A DNA stretch of 64,000 nucleotides, from contig CAVSQB010000005.1 of assembly GCA_963729895.1 (NCBI GenBank), positions 256,001 to 320,000 of the forward strand, written 5' to 3'. This document shows positions 28,914 through 39,362 of the stretch, in pieces. The stretch's first letter is position 1; each line of letters starts with the position of its first letter. The notes below the pieces were generated by a model. It did not search any database and was not told the DNA's origin. It was given only the letters and a program-made list of their open reading frames with translations. The translations under genes were made by a program, and so were the position numbers. This DNA is from an uncultured Fibrobacterota bacterium (GTDB lineage: Bacteria > Fibrobacterota > Chitinivibrionia > Chitinivibrionales > FEN-1185).

Positions 28914-30234
28914 CTCCCTGGATCATCTCTGGTTTCCTTTCACGTGTTCCCGGGACCTGTGCAACGATCCGCCGCGCGTGATCGAGCGCGGCGAGGGCGT
29001 GTACCTGTTCGACGCCCAAGGGAAACGCTACCTCGACGCCGTTGGATCGTGGTGGGTTTCCACGCTGGGACACAATCATCCGCGCATCACCGCCGCGGTG
29101 AAGCGCCAGCTGGACAAACTGGAGCACGTGCTCATGGCCGGGTTCGTGTCCCCGCCGGCGCTCGAGTTGTCGCACCTGCTCGCTTCGATGCTCCCCAAAG
29201 GTCTCAACCGTATATTCTATTCCGACGACGGGTCTACTGCGGTTGAAGTCGCGCTTAAGATTGCACTGCAGTATTGGGCCGCAAAAGGAGAAGACCGCGT
29301 TTCGTTCGTTTCATTGACGGGAGGGTATCACGGCGACACGCTCGGCGCGATGTCGGTGGGAAATATTCCTGCGTACCACGCGCTGTTTCACCGGACATTC
29401 AAGTCGCAGCTCTACGCCGATGCGCCGTATTGTTACCGGTGCCCGTGCGGAAAAGACAAAGACACCTGCGCCGCGGAATGCATGGCATCGCTGGAACGGG
29501 TACTTGACGAAAGGGGAGAGACTGTCGCCGCATGCATTTTTGAGCCCATGGTGCAGGGAGCGGCAGGCATGCGGGTGTATCCTGCAAAAGTGCTGAAGCG
29601 ATTGTTCGCCGCGTGCAGGAAATGCGGCGTGCTCACCATCGCCGACGAAGTCGCCACGGGCTTCGGACGGACCGGCACGCTTTTCGCCTGCGAGCATGCG
29701 AGCGTTGTCCCCCACCTCATGTGCCTGGCAAAGGGGTTGACAGGAGGGTATCTTCCGATGGCGGCCACGGTCGCAGGCGAAGACATTTACCGGGAATTCT
29801 GCGGCGATTTTATGGCCGGGAAAGAACTTGCGCACGGGCATTCCTTTACCGGAAACCCTCTGGCAGCCGCCGCGGCGTGTGAGACCCTTTCCATCATGAA
29901 AGAACAGAACATCCCGCGCTCGCTTGCTCCGAAGGCCGCCTTTTTCCAGGCGCGCCTTGAAAGATTCCGGGAGATTGATGAAATAGGGGATGTGCGGTAC
30001 ATCGGCATGATCGGTGCGCTGGAGCTTGTGGCCGATCGTGCGACAAAGGCACCGTTTCCACGGGAAAAACGCGTGGCGTTCCGCATCGCCCAAAAGGCCT
30101 TGAAAAAGGGCTTGCTCATCAGGCCGCTCGGCGACGTGTTGTACTTTGTCCCTGCCTACGTCATTACGGAAGAGCAAATCGACGAGATGATGGACGCCGC
30201 CGAGCAGGCTATAAAGGAGGCGGCGCATGAATGA
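28897..30234 (+). CDS. bioA: Adenosylmethionine-8-amino-7-oxononanoate aminotransferase
   Basis: SWWVSTLGH, GSTAVEVALK, YHGDT, DEVATGFGRTG, AKGLTGGYLP, HGHSFTGNP. Confidence 0.96.
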   Translation: MTSSDSSLDHLWFPFTCSRDLCNDPPRVIERGEGVYLFDAQGKRYLDAVGSWWVSTLGHNHPRITAAVKRQLDKLEHVLMAGFVSPPALELSHLLASMLPKGLNRIFYSDDGSTAVEVALKIALQYWAAKGEDRVSFVSLTGGYHGDTLGAMSVGNIPAYHALFHRTFKSQLYADAPYCYRCPCGKDKDTCAAECMASLERVLDERGETVAACIFEPMVQGAAGMRVYPAKVLKRLFAACRKCGVLTIADEVATGFGRTGTLFACEHASVVPHLMCLAKGLTGGYLPMAATVAGEDIYREFCGDFMAGKELAHGHSFTGNPLAAAAACETLSIMKEQNIPRSLAPKAAFFQARLERFREIDEIGDVRYIGMIGALELVADRATKAPFPREKRVAFRIAQKALKKGLLIRPLGDVLYFVPAYVITEEQIDEMMDAAEQAIKEAAHE

Positions 30235-31372
30235 GACTCCCCTGCATGACCGCATCCGCGGGGAGCTTGACGAAAGAAAAGATCTGAACCTCTTCCGAAC
30301 TATCGGGAAATCCGGCGCCGGTGTCGGTATCGACCTATCCGCCAACAGCTACCTTGCTCTGCACGACAACGCGGAAATCAGGGCCGAGGCCGATCGGCTC
30401 GCGGATCATTGCTATTGCGGAAACCTCGCCTCGCGCCTCATCGAAACGCGCTCGCCCCTGTATCCGGTTCTCGAAGCCGAACTCGCAGAATGGAAGAAGA
30501 CCGAATGCGCCCTGATATTCAATTCCGGCTACACTGCGAATCTCGGCATCATCCAGGCGTTGTGCACCCGGAACACCCATGTGTTTTGCGACAGGCTGAA
30601 CCATGCATCCATCATCGACGGCATACTGCTTTCCGGCGCGTCGCTTTCGCGCTATGCGCATTGCGACATGGCCGACCTGGAGCGCAGGATCGGCGCGTCT
30701 TCAAAAAGGGAGCGGCTGATTGTGACGGACTCGGTGTTCAGCATGGACGGCGATGTCGCTCCGCTCGCGGACATCTGTGCGATTGCGCACCGGTTCAAGT
30801 GCGCGGTAATGGTTGACGAAGCGCATGCTACGGGCGTCTTTGGGGCGTCGTGCGCCGGGTACGTTGAAGAATGCGGCTTGGAGAAGGATGTCGATGTCGT
30901 CATGGGAACGTTGAGCAAGTCGGTAGCGGGGTTGGGCGGTTTCTTTGCCGGGAGTTCAATGCTCATGGACTGTCTTGTCAATAAAGCGCGGAGCCTGATA
31001 TATTCAACGGCCTTGCCGCAATCGGTTCTTGCACACGATATCGCGTCGGTCCGGTATATTCGGCGGCATCCGGGCATGGGGAAGGCGCTCCTTGCCAAGG
31101 CGCAGTCTTTCCGCGCGGAAATCGCCTCGCTCGGCTGCGACACGCTTAATTCGTCAACGCAAATCGTGCCGTGCATGGTTGAGTCCGACACGCAGGCGGT
31201 CGATCTTTCCGCGTATCTTCTCTCACGCGGCATCAAGGCGCCGGGGATACGGCCTCCCACCGTGCCTGCGGGCGCGGCGCGGATTCGTTTTTCGGTTCAC
31301 CTTGGGTGCACAAACGGCGATATCGCATTTGTCGCCTCCAGCCTCAACGACTGGAAGAAATCGCATGGCTGA
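30227..31372 (+). CDS. bioF: 8-amino-7-oxononanoate synthase
   Basis: SGYTAN, DRLNHASIIDG, VFSMDGD, DEAHA, GTLSK, IRPPTVP. Confidence 0.95.
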   Translation: MNETPLHDRIRGELDERKDLNLFRTIGKSGAGVGIDLSANSYLALHDNAEIRAEADRLADHCYCGNLASRLIETRSPLYPVLEAELAEWKKTECALIFNSGYTANLGIIQALCTRNTHVFCDRLNHASIIDGILLSGASLSRYAHCDMADLERRIGASSKRERLIVTDSVFSMDGDVAPLADICAIAHRFKCAVMVDEAHATGVFGASCAGYVEECGLEKDVDVVMGTLSKSVAGLGGFFAGSSMLMDCLVNKARSLIYSTALPQSVLAHDIASVRYIRRHPGMGKALLAKAQSFRAEIASLGCDTLNSSTQIVPCMVESDTQAVDLSAYLLSRGIKAPGIRPPTVPAGAARIRFSVHLGCTNGDIAFVASSLNDWKKSHG

Positions 31373-32042
31373 TCGGTGGCTCGTGTTCGGCGGCTGGGCA
31401 GTTTCTCCCTTGATTCTTCGTTCGCTTTTCGGGGCGGAGAGCACCTATGTGGATAGTAATGCCATGATGCCTTCGCTTGTCAATAAAGGCGAACTAATTG
31501 ACAACTGGGAGGTCGCCGTTACAAAGGAAGTTGAGCACTTCTTGTCCGGCGATGTTGCCGGGATTGCCGGCTGGTCCACCGGCGCTATTCTGGCATGCGC
31601 GCTTGCTCTGCGGGTGCGCACGAAAAAACTGGTTCTGCTGTCGGCAACGCCGTCGTTTTGCAGGCGGGAAGGTTTCAGGTTCGGATGGACACCAGGGGTT
31701 TTACGGGACATGCGGGAACACCTTTGCGGCAAGGACAACACGGTCGTCGGGGACTTCCTGGTCAGTGCCGGAGTTCCGGAAACGTTCTTTCACCCTGCCT
31801 GCCTTGACCAAAAAATCCTTGCTGCAGGACTTTCGTTCCTCGAACAGGTGAATTTGTTGCCCGCGCTTGCAAAGCCAGCATGCGGGGTTACGGTATTGCA
31901 TGGAAAGGAAGACGGTATTGTGCCGTACAAGGCTGGCGAGGTTGTTGCGGGAATGCTGGGCACGAAATGTCAAGCGTTTGAGGGCGGGCACGCGTTCTTT
32001 GTTGAACAGTGTGAGGCAGTGAGAGAGTTGATATGGCGATAG
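31365..32042 (+). CDS. Pimeloyl-ACP methyl ester esterase-like alpha/beta hydrolase (BioH/BioG-like)
   Basis: ATG 31365 overlaps bioF end; GWSTG nucleophile, HGKEDGIVP, GHAFF. Confidence 0.8.
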   Translation: MADRWLVFGGWAVSPLILRSLFGAESTYVDSNAMMPSLVNKGELIDNWEVAVTKEVEHFLSGDVAGIAGWSTGAILACALALRVRTKKLVLLSATPSFCRREGFRFGWTPGVLRDMREHLCGKDNTVVGDFLVSAGVPETFFHPACLDQKILAAGLSFLEQVNLLPALAKPACGVTVLHGKEDGIVPYKAGEVVAGMLGTKCQAFEGGHAFFVEQCEAVRELIWR

Positions 32043-32131
32043 GCGGTTGTTCCTCTTTCGTGTTTGCTTTTTGCGTTAACAGGGTAAGGCGGCGTTTCCT
32101 TTTTTGTGCTTTTGTAACCGGGTGCTCCTAG

Positions 32132-33443
32132 CAGGGTGTTGAAAAAGTCTCCCTTTTGTAAACATTTATCCTTATATTATAGGGGAACCCCAACCAAGGA
32201 GTATTGATGAGAGGTTCCCAGCCAGCCCAAGGCGGTATGTTCAGCTTCGTTTCTCCGGATTCCCGAGTGCCGGCAACGCACCCGCTTCGTCGTGTCAAAC
32301 AGTTTACGGACATAGCGCTGCGCCGCCTTTCTCGTGACTTTGAGGCGATGTACAGCCGGATGGGACGCCCTTCGATACCGCCGGAATGGCTTTTGAAAGC
32401 ACAGATATTGATGGCTTTGTTTTCGATACGGTCGGACCGGTTGTTTTGCGAGATGCTGGACTATAACATTCTGTTCCGATGGTTTCTTGACATGGATCTG
32501 GATGCGGCATCGTTTGATCATAGTGTGTTTTCGAAGAACCGAGATCGACTTATGGAACAGGAGATTGCGCACCGGCTGATGCAGGAAATCGTGCGTCTTG
32601 CTCGTTCCGAAGAGTTGTTGTCCGATGAGCATTTCACGGTTGACGGCACGTTGATTGAAGCCTGGGCATCGATGAAGAGCTTCAAGCGAAAAGACGCGGA
32701 ATCGGCGAACAAGACTGACGATGATCGGAGTAATCCGTCGGTTGATTTCCACCATGAGAAGCGAAGCAATGAGACACATCAGAGTTCGACCGATCCAGAG
32801 GCGCTGTTGGCTCGGAAGAACAAGAGAACGGGAGCGCAGCTGGCGTATTCCGGTCACGTGCTGATGGAAAACCGAAATGGGTTGTGTGTTGATATCGCCA
32901 TTGCGCCAGCGACGGGGACAGCGGAACGGGATATGGCGCTTGAGCTGATAAAGCATGAACGCAGGCGCGGAAAACGCCGGATGAAGACGGTGGGTGCAGA
33001 CAAAGGGTATCATGCAACCGAATTTATCAAGAGCCTGCGACGCCTGCACGTGAAGCCTCACATTGCCGAGAAGGCCAACACTTCGCTTAAAGGGTTGGAT
33101 GGAAGAACGACTCGGCATAAGGGATACAGCGTAAGTCAAAGGAAACGAAAACGGGTTGAAGAGATATTTGGGTGGATCAAGAGCGTCGGTGGCCTGCGGA
33201 AAACTCGGGTAAGAGGAATACGAATCAACCAGACTGTTGCCTACGTGGTTGCCGCAGCGTACAACTTGATACGCATGGTTAAGTTGATGCCGCAAACGGT
33301 GGGGGCAGCATGAGAATGGCCTGGGAATCCGGGGAAATGCCTCGGAACGAGGCAGGTAAAACCTCTCTGACATATGTAAAGTTGAAGTTAGGTTCATAAA
33401 AAATCAACAAGAGCGCTTCTGTTAGGACTATTTCAACACCCTG
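32132..33443 (+). mobile_element. IS5-family insertion sequence, copy 1 (1312 bp)
   Basis: 18-bp IRs CAGGGTGTTGAAAAAGTC / GACTATTTCAACACCCTG (1 mismatch); CTAG at 32128-32131 and 33444-33447. Confidence 0.95.
32204..33313 (+). CDS. IS5-family DDE transposase
   Basis: GRPSIPPE, LFRWFL, VDGTLIEAWAS, GADKGY, RKRVEEIFGWIK. Confidence 0.95.
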   Translation: MMRGSQPAQGGMFSFVSPDSRVPATHPLRRVKQFTDIALRRLSRDFEAMYSRMGRPSIPPEWLLKAQILMALFSIRSDRLFCEMLDYNILFRWFLDMDLDAASFDHSVFSKNRDRLMEQEIAHRLMQEIVRLARSEELLSDEHFTVDGTLIEAWASMKSFKRKDAESANKTDDDRSNPSVDFHHEKRSNETHQSSTDPEALLARKNKRTGAQLAYSGHVLMENRNGLCVDIAIAPATGTAERDMALELIKHERRRGKRRMKTVGADKGYHATEFIKSLRRLHVKPHIAEKANTSLKGLDGRTTRHKGYSVSQRKRKRVEEIFGWIKSVGGLRKTRVRGIRINQTVAYVVAAAYNLIRMVKLMPQTVGAA

Positions 33444-33546
33444 CTAGGGTGCGCCCAGCAGATGTTTCGGGCTTGCAGGGGGTGGTGCCCGGCCGCACCC
33501 GCTCGGCAATCCAAAATATTCATTAAGATGGCCCGAGTTTCGAAAT

Positions 33547-33575
33547 TTGACAATATCCCTCCACTCAGCTATATT
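33547..33575 (+). promoter_or_regulatory. sigma70 promoter of bioB
   Basis: TTGACA-17 bp-TATATT, 11 nt before the ATG. Confidence 0.75.
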
Positions 33576-33586
33576 AGCCGCAGTCT

Positions 33587-34570
33587 ATGAACTCATTTCA
33601 AAAAGCCCGGGACCTGTATACTAAGTCCGTAAAAAACTCCATCAACGAATCCGATCTCGACGCAATCATCGCCTGGCCGGCGTCAGAAATCACACTTCTG
33701 TTCGCCTGCGCCGATCTCGTGCGGCGCGCTTTCTTCAAGAACGTGGTTGATCCATGCGCGCTCATGAACATCAAGTCCGGCGGATGCAGTGAAGACTGCG
33801 CGTACTGCGCCCAGTCGTCGTACAACTCGGCGGACGTCGCGGTGCGGGAGCTAGCTGCTGAGACGGAGATTGTCCGGAATAGCCAATCCGCCTTCGAAAG
33901 GAACCTGACCTTTTGCGTGGTCTCCAGCGGCAGGCGACTATCACCCGGCGAGCTCAAGACAGTCGCGGCCGCCCTCCGGAAATGCAAAGGCGAATTGCAT
34001 GCCTCGCTCGGTATTCTTTCCGAAGAGGAATTCCGTCTGCTCAGGAGCGCCGGCGTTTCATGCTACAATCACAATCTTGAGACCAGCAGGCGTTACTATT
34101 CGACAATCGTGTCCACCCACTCCTATGACGACAGGACGAGAACCGTCAGAGCGGCGAAGAAAGCCGGTCTTTCAGTGTGTTGCGGCGGGATTTTCGGCAT
34201 GGGAGAGACCTGGAGCGACCGGAAGGCGTTGTGCCTCGAATTGCGCTCACTTGACGTTGACACCATACCGATAAACTTCAACCTCGCCATTCCCGGCACT
34301 CGGGTGAAGCCGCCGGAAGAATCGCCGATGGAGTTTCTGAAGATCGTTTCCCTGTTCAGGCTTGCGCACCCAGACAAGACCATCAAGATCTGCGGCGGCA
34401 GGGAAAAGAACCTTGGAAGGATGCAGTCGCTCATGTTCTGCGCCGGAGCAAACGGGTATATATCCGGCGATTATCTGACGACAAAAGGTGACAGCGTGGA
34501 GTCGGATGACGAAATGATAGGGATGCTGGGGCTTGCGAAGAGGCATGGTGCGCGGCTTCGTACCTCATAG
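33587..34570 (+). CDS. bioB: Biotin synthase
   Basis: NIKSGGCSEDCAYCAQS, YNHNLETS, CCGGIFGMGE, GDYLTT. Confidence 0.96.
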   Translation: MNSFQKARDLYTKSVKNSINESDLDAIIAWPASEITLLFACADLVRRAFFKNVVDPCALMNIKSGGCSEDCAYCAQSSYNSADVAVRELAAETEIVRNSQSAFERNLTFCVVSSGRRLSPGELKTVAAALRKCKGELHASLGILSEEEFRLLRSAGVSCYNHNLETSRRYYSTIVSTHSYDDRTRTVRAAKKAGLSVCCGGIFGMGETWSDRKALCLELRSLDVDTIPINFNLAIPGTRVKPPEESPMEFLKIVSLFRLAHPDKTIKICGGREKNLGRMQSLMFCAGANGYISGDYLTTKGDSVESDDEMIGMLGLAKRHGARLRTS

Positions 34571-34579
34571 CGGCTTCGT

Positions 34580-36040
34580 ATGACTGCAGCGGGCTTATTA
34601 CAGCTTTCTTTTCTCCTGGGCGCTGCTGCCGTGACTAATGCGAACGAATTTCGCGTCGGTCAAAGGGACACGATATACAATTCCACCGATCTCGGCAATG
34701 TCGAAACGAATATTCCCCGCCGCAATTACCCCCTGCAGGACAGCTTGATTCGGCCCGCGCGCAGCGGGGGGCCGGTTTTCGACCAGCCGATGAGTACACT
34801 GCGCAGGAATGCCGACTCAATGACATTCTTCATGTGCAATGGTTGGAGCTGCAATTTCTTTAAGGGCACGCTTGCGAAACCCCTTGGCACACTGTCCTCC
34901 GTTCGGGCTCCCGATTACGGAATTTTGCAATCGAACGAATTGCTGTACGTCGACACTGTCGTTGCTTCCTCGTCGCCACTTTCTTCTCCCCGCGCCAGGA
35001 GTGTTTTCACCATACGGTACGACAAGACGGACAGGGTTTGGATGGACTATGTGTGGATTCCTAATATTTACAAAGTACAGGCTTCCGATGTCCCAGAGCC
35101 CAATCCCGAGCAGGTGAAGGCCGGTGATCTGCTCGGGCTTGTCCATGTCGAAACAATGGTCTTAACATCTGCAAAGGACTCCATGTTCGATTCGGTATAT
35201 TCCATAGGGCTTGCCTATTCGGCGGATACCGGCAGGCGCTGGGCATACTGCGGCGACATCATCAGAACGGGGTGCAACAGCGGCAACGGAACCAATAATA
35301 TCGGTGGAATTCCCTATATTGTCTATGAGGATGCAAAAAACACGAAATGGCTGTATGTGTATTATAACGAATTCGGCAACCCGCTGTGGTTTTACCCGCC
35401 AAGGGATTTTCACTGCGGAAAAAGGCAGTGCGTCGCCCGCGACACCCTGTCTGATGCGCTTGTCAAGGCACGGCACAATTTCAACCACAGCCGATCTTTT
35501 GTGCTCCATGATGTGCCCGTGTTCCACAAATGCAAAGGCACGGCCCCTGCCGAATGGTCGGCCAAGAAAGCCGTTGAAAAGGATACGGGGGTCCAAATAA
35601 TTCCCCGGTGCCCGGATGTTCCGGTGCCGTTTCCTGGTGAGGGCGGAGGCGGGGCCGATTCACTTCTTTACGATTTTCATTCCGACGCCGCGTATTGCAG
35701 CGTTCTGGGGAAATACGTGATAACCGTGAGCAACGGACCGGGCTCGCCTCCCGCCTTTGGGGCGCTGATGCTTTACTCTTCCACGGACGGGGTCAACTGG
35801 GGAAGTCCGACCATAATCGATACCGCGGCTGTACCGGGCTACTATGTGGAGAAAGCGCATTCCTTCTTTGCGGCGCTTGATTCGTCGGCTGCGGATGACT
35901 GCCACGAGGTGGGGAAGCAGTTCTACATTTATTTCCCCTACACGTATTTTCGTGACAAATGGCATCCGCCAAGAAATCAGGATTTCTTCAGGAGGCAAAT
36001 CACCGTTGTTCCGGACACGGTCACGCGAAAAACAAAATAG
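34580..36040 (+). CDS. Secreted hypothetical protein with Asp-box motifs (propeller glycosidase-like)
   Basis: Signal peptide; YSADTGRRW and SSTDGVNW. Confidence 0.65.
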   Translation: MTAAGLLQLSFLLGAAAVTNANEFRVGQRDTIYNSTDLGNVETNIPRRNYPLQDSLIRPARSGGPVFDQPMSTLRRNADSMTFFMCNGWSCNFFKGTLAKPLGTLSSVRAPDYGILQSNELLYVDTVVASSSPLSSPRARSVFTIRYDKTDRVWMDYVWIPNIYKVQASDVPEPNPEQVKAGDLLGLVHVETMVLTSAKDSMFDSVYSIGLAYSADTGRRWAYCGDIIRTGCNSGNGTNNIGGIPYIVYEDAKNTKWLYVYYNEFGNPLWFYPPRDFHCGKRQCVARDTLSDALVKARHNFNHSRSFVLHDVPVFHKCKGTAPAEWSAKKAVEKDTGVQIIPRCPDVPVPFPGEGGGGADSLLYDFHSDAAYCSVLGKYVITVSNGPGSPPAFGALMLYSSTDGVNWGSPTIIDTAAVPGYYVEKAHSFFAALDSSAADDCHEVGKQFYIYFPYTYFRDKWHPPRNQDFFRRQITVVPDTVTRKTK

Positions 36041-36153
36041 GGGACTGCGCGGCCCTGCTTTCCTAAAAGCAAAAAGCCCGCTTCTCCCTGCCTTTGCACA
36101 AAGAGAAACGAGCTTCTATTTCAAAAACCGAACCTTTGCGGGTTCAGTCTCGC

Positions 36154-36468
36154 TTACCAGCGTTGACCGCCGCCGCCGCCTCCGTATCCGCCTCTGCCGC
36201 CGCGTCCGCCGCCACCTTCCGGTTTGGGACGAGCTTCATTAACGGTGAGCGCACGGCCTTCGACCTCTTTGCCGTTCATTGCCGAGATCGCAGCCTGTGC
36301 TTCCTGATCCGAGCCCATTTCCACGAACCCGAAACCTTTTGATCTGCCAGAGTCGCGGTCCATGATGACCTTGGCTGAGGCTACCGTACCAAAACCTGCA
36401 AACAGCTGCTGAAGAGCAGCATCGTCGACACTGTAGGCAAGGTTGCCTACGTATAACTTGTTACCCAT
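36154..36468 (-). CDS. RRM RNA-binding protein with Gly-rich tail
   Basis: KLYVGNL (RNP2), KGFGFVEM (RNP1), VNEARP, GGG tail. Confidence 0.95.
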   Translation of the reverse strand: MGNKLYVGNLAYSVDDAALQQLFAGFGTVASAKVIMDRDSGRSKGFGFVEMGSDQEAQAAISAMNGKEVEGRALTVNEARPKPEGGGGRGGRGGYGGGGGGQRW

Positions 36469-36898
36469 CGAGACACTCCTTTAGGACAGATTGTGACACA
36501 CTACGATCGCCAGGGCAAAGGAATGCACTGCAACCGCTTCATATACTAATATAGTTTCTTTTGCAAAGGTAGCTATGGCAAAATAATCTTTTTTTTGTCA
36601 GAGCTTTTCTCATGGTTTCCCGGTTACCGGAATTCTGCACCATGTTAGTAACGATTTTTCCGCTTTTCTGATGGCATGCCTTGGAAGAGATTCCTATGAA
36701 AATGCACTCTCCAGCTCATGATCGCGGATAAGAAGGTCGCCCTTCCCGCCACTCTTTTCACGCAAAAAGGAGGCCATGCGCAGGAGGCATAATGCTGCAG
36801 GCATCAAAAAGGCGTGATGGAAAGAACCCCGTACGAAGGCGGCCCTGCCCGATTCTTCGCAGTGTACATGTTCCGCTGAGGACCCTTTCCGGAGCATT

Positions 36899-37144
36899 CT
36901 ACATTGCCGTACCGCAGCAGCCGCCGCCGGCTCCGCAGGCCTGGGCCCCCGGACAGGCGGCGCCGCTCGAACACGCCGGACCGCTGGAGATCCGGCCCAT
37001 TGCAATGCCGCCCACCCGCGACATCAACTTTTCGGTTTCTTTCGAATTGCATGCCGGGCAGGGGAGAGTCTTGTTTGTGAATGAAGATACAATCTCCTCA
37101 AACACGTTTCCACATTTCTTGCATTCGTATTCATAGATTGGCAT
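36899..37144 (-). CDS. FmdB-family zinc-ribbon protein
   Basis: MPIYEYECKKCG...CPACNS...EKLMS; Cys-rich tail. Confidence 0.9.
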   Translation of the reverse strand: MPIYEYECKKCGNVFEEIVSSFTNKTLPCPACNSKETEKLMSRVGGIAMGRISSGPACSSGAACPGAQACGAGGGCCGTAM

Positions 37145-37246
37145 GACGGCATCCTTTCGCAAAAAACCAAAAATACATGATCCGCGGGGCGGGGTATTTG
37201 AGATTTTCCCGCGTAGTGCGGGAACGGCTGACACGGGGAACGGCCC

Positions 37247-39349
37247 TCAGAATTTGACGCCCACTGCTGCCGAAACCAGTCGAAGAGGCGCGTAGGTACC
37301 GGCCTGTTCCTCAATCGTGGCGTTGGTGAGGTTCTCACAATTCACGCCGAACCAGAACCAGCGGTATGCTATCTTCACGGATGCGTCCATCCTGAAATAG
37401 GGAGCAAGGGTAACATATTCCGGGGTGAAATCGCCGGGATTTGTAAATGCACGAGTTGAATCCAGTGCAGCCGCCTGCCAATCCAGGTACTCGCGGCTGC
37501 CGACGTAATCTTCGAGCACGGAGCCGCTCACCGTTATGGGACCAAACGTTCTTCCAAAATATACGCCGACATTGAATGCGTGCTCCGGGATGTAATCGAG
37601 GCTGCCCTTCATCTGCATGTTCTCCGATTTCGTGAAGGTGTAGTTAAAGAACAGCGTTCCCCAGGGCATGAGTCTAGCCTGGACCGACGTTTCCATCCCG
37701 CTGGACCAGGCATTTTCGATGTTCTGGTTGCTCAGCAACGCATTTTGCAGAAAGTCCTCAAGGTATTGGTTTACAACTTTCTGAGTGATCAAATCGTTCA
37801 TATAATTGTAAAACCCGGAAACTCGGATGTTCATCCACTTGAAGAGATCGATTTGGGGGCCTCCGTCCACGGTCCAGATGTATTCGGGCACCAAGGCGGG
37901 GTTCGAAACGAGCGTGGAGCTGTTGTTGATGGGCAGGTCGGGCAGATACAGTTCCGCCAGAGACGGGGCGCGAAATGCCCTTCCCGCGGTAATCTTGAGG
38001 CTGAGGATGTCGTTCTGTTTGTAAACGAGCCCGAGCTTCGGGCACAGAGCGGCGCCGAACACGGAATTGTAATCGAGCCGCGCGCCGGCAATGGCTATCA
38101 TCCTCCAGAACCGCATTTCGTCCTGCGCATACAGGCCGCCGTTCACCATGGATTTGTTCGTGCTGTCCGCGTTCCGGAGCAGATCGCCCGTGGCAGGGTC
38201 GCGTTGTGCGCCGAAATCGACGCTGTTGTCAAGAAGGTCGAAACCCGCCGTGATCGTATGGTGCGCTCCCAGCCTGATCGTGGACTGCGCGTCGATTTCA
38301 AGATCGTTGGACGACGATTTCCAGACGCTGCCCGCGGTGTCGAGGGTCGAATCGGCCAGCATGCGGATGCCCTGGCCGTAGAATGTTCCCGACAGAGTGC
38401 CATAGTACCCGCCGACCTTGAGATCAAGAGACGGGGAAACGTTTACTTTAAGGACAGGACCGATGAGAACTTTTTGGCCAAACACGGAAACATCGGTGGA
38501 AGGGCTGCCGTACTCGGTTTTGCCGAATCCGAGATCGCTGTCAAAATACCTGGCGTTAAGCGTCAGGGTAGCCCTGCTTGATAGTGCGTAACCGAACTTG
38601 CCGAAAAGCCTGCGATCGTAATAGCCGTAATTGTCCGAATTGGTGTACCGGTGCTGGTCGCCAAAGGGGTGGTCGATTGAGTCTCTGCCTGTCCAGTTGT
38701 CGATGCCCCGTGCCGAGGCATTCACGAGAAGGGAAAAGCGCCCGACGGTGGCCGTCCCTTCGCCTTCGCAATCGTAATAGCCCGCGGTTCCCGACCCCTC
38801 GAGCTGGCCGTGAATTCCCGGGCCCGGGTTCTTTGTGATGATGTTCACGACGCCGCCGAATGCGTTGGGGCCATACAGGCTCGAATACGGTCCCTGAACC
38901 ACCTCTATGCGCTCTATTGACTGCAAGGGAACCTCATTGAGAATGAGAAACGGCGTGCCTGCCGCATTGGTGGGTATACCGTCGACAAGGATAAGCGTCC
39001 GGGACGCGGCAGTGGCTGCGGGAACGCCGCGCATGTTGACGTTGGTGGGAACTCCTTCTCCCATGCCGACCGGGCGCTGGACTGTGAGGCCCGGTTCGTA
39101 CAGAAGGAGGTCGCTGACGTTTGCGGCGGGTGAGGATTCGATCTGCTGCCTGGTTATCACCGACACCGCGGCCGGGTTGTCTTCTATGGAACGTGCGGTC
39201 CGCGTGCCGGTAATCACCATTTTGTCGAGCGAGGCGGCGCTGTCGAAACGGGCCGGCGCGTCGGTTGCGGGGGAAACGGCTGAGTCCGGCGTAGCGCTTG
39301 CATTTGCAAATGCGATCAGCGCCATGCTTGCGGCAAGGGCCGGTTTCAC
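37247..39349 (-). CDS. TonB-dependent receptor
   Basis: MVITGTRT, LILVDG, IERIEVVQGPYSSLYG, GGVVNIIT plug; AFRAPSLAELY; C-terminal Phe. Confidence 0.93.
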   Translation of the reverse strand: MKPALAASMALIAFANASATPDSAVSPATDAPARFDSAASLDKMVITGTRTARSIEDNPAAVSVITRQQIESSPAANVSDLLLYEPGLTVQRPVGMGEGVPTNVNMRGVPAATAASRTLILVDGIPTNAAGTPFLILNEVPLQSIERIEVVQGPYSSLYGPNAFGGVVNIITKNPGPGIHGQLEGSGTAGYYDCEGEGTATVGRFSLLVNASARGIDNWTGRDSIDHPFGDQHRYTNSDNYGYYDRRLFGKFGYALSSRATLTLNARYFDSDLGFGKTEYGSPSTDVSVFGQKVLIGPVLKVNVSPSLDLKVGGYYGTLSGTFYGQGIRMLADSTLDTAGSVWKSSSNDLEIDAQSTIRLGAHHTITAGFDLLDNSVDFGAQRDPATGDLLRNADSTNKSMVNGGLYAQDEMRFWRMIAIAGARLDYNSVFGAALCPKLGLVYKQNDILSLKITAGRAFRAPSLAELYLPDLPINNSSTLVSNPALVPEYIWTVDGGPQIDLFKWMNIRVSGFYNYMNDLITQKVVNQYLEDFLQNALLSNQNIENAWSSGMETSVQARLMPWGTLFFNYTFTKSENMQMKGSLDYIPEHAFNVGVYFGRTFGPITVSGSVLEDYVGSREYLDWQAAALDSTRAFTNPGDFTPEYVTLAPYFRMDASVKIAYRWFWFGVNCENLTNATIEEQAGTYAPLRLVSAAVGVKF

Positions 39350-39362
39350 GGGGCGTTCCTTT

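Larger units (their letters stand above)
32112..33513 (-). repeat. Left half of the modular intergenic element, inverted and split by IS5 copy 1
   Basis: Minus strand reads tggattgccgagcgggtgcggc...gcaagcccgaaac...gggcgcaccCTAG [IS] CTAGgagcacccggttacaaaa, matching modules A-B-C1 of the other copies. Confidence 0.75.

Noticed and set aside
32177..33397. Long antisense ORFs over the transposases (also 40122-41342 and 60056-61246)
   Set aside because: Shadow frames of IS5 transposases with no recognisable motifs
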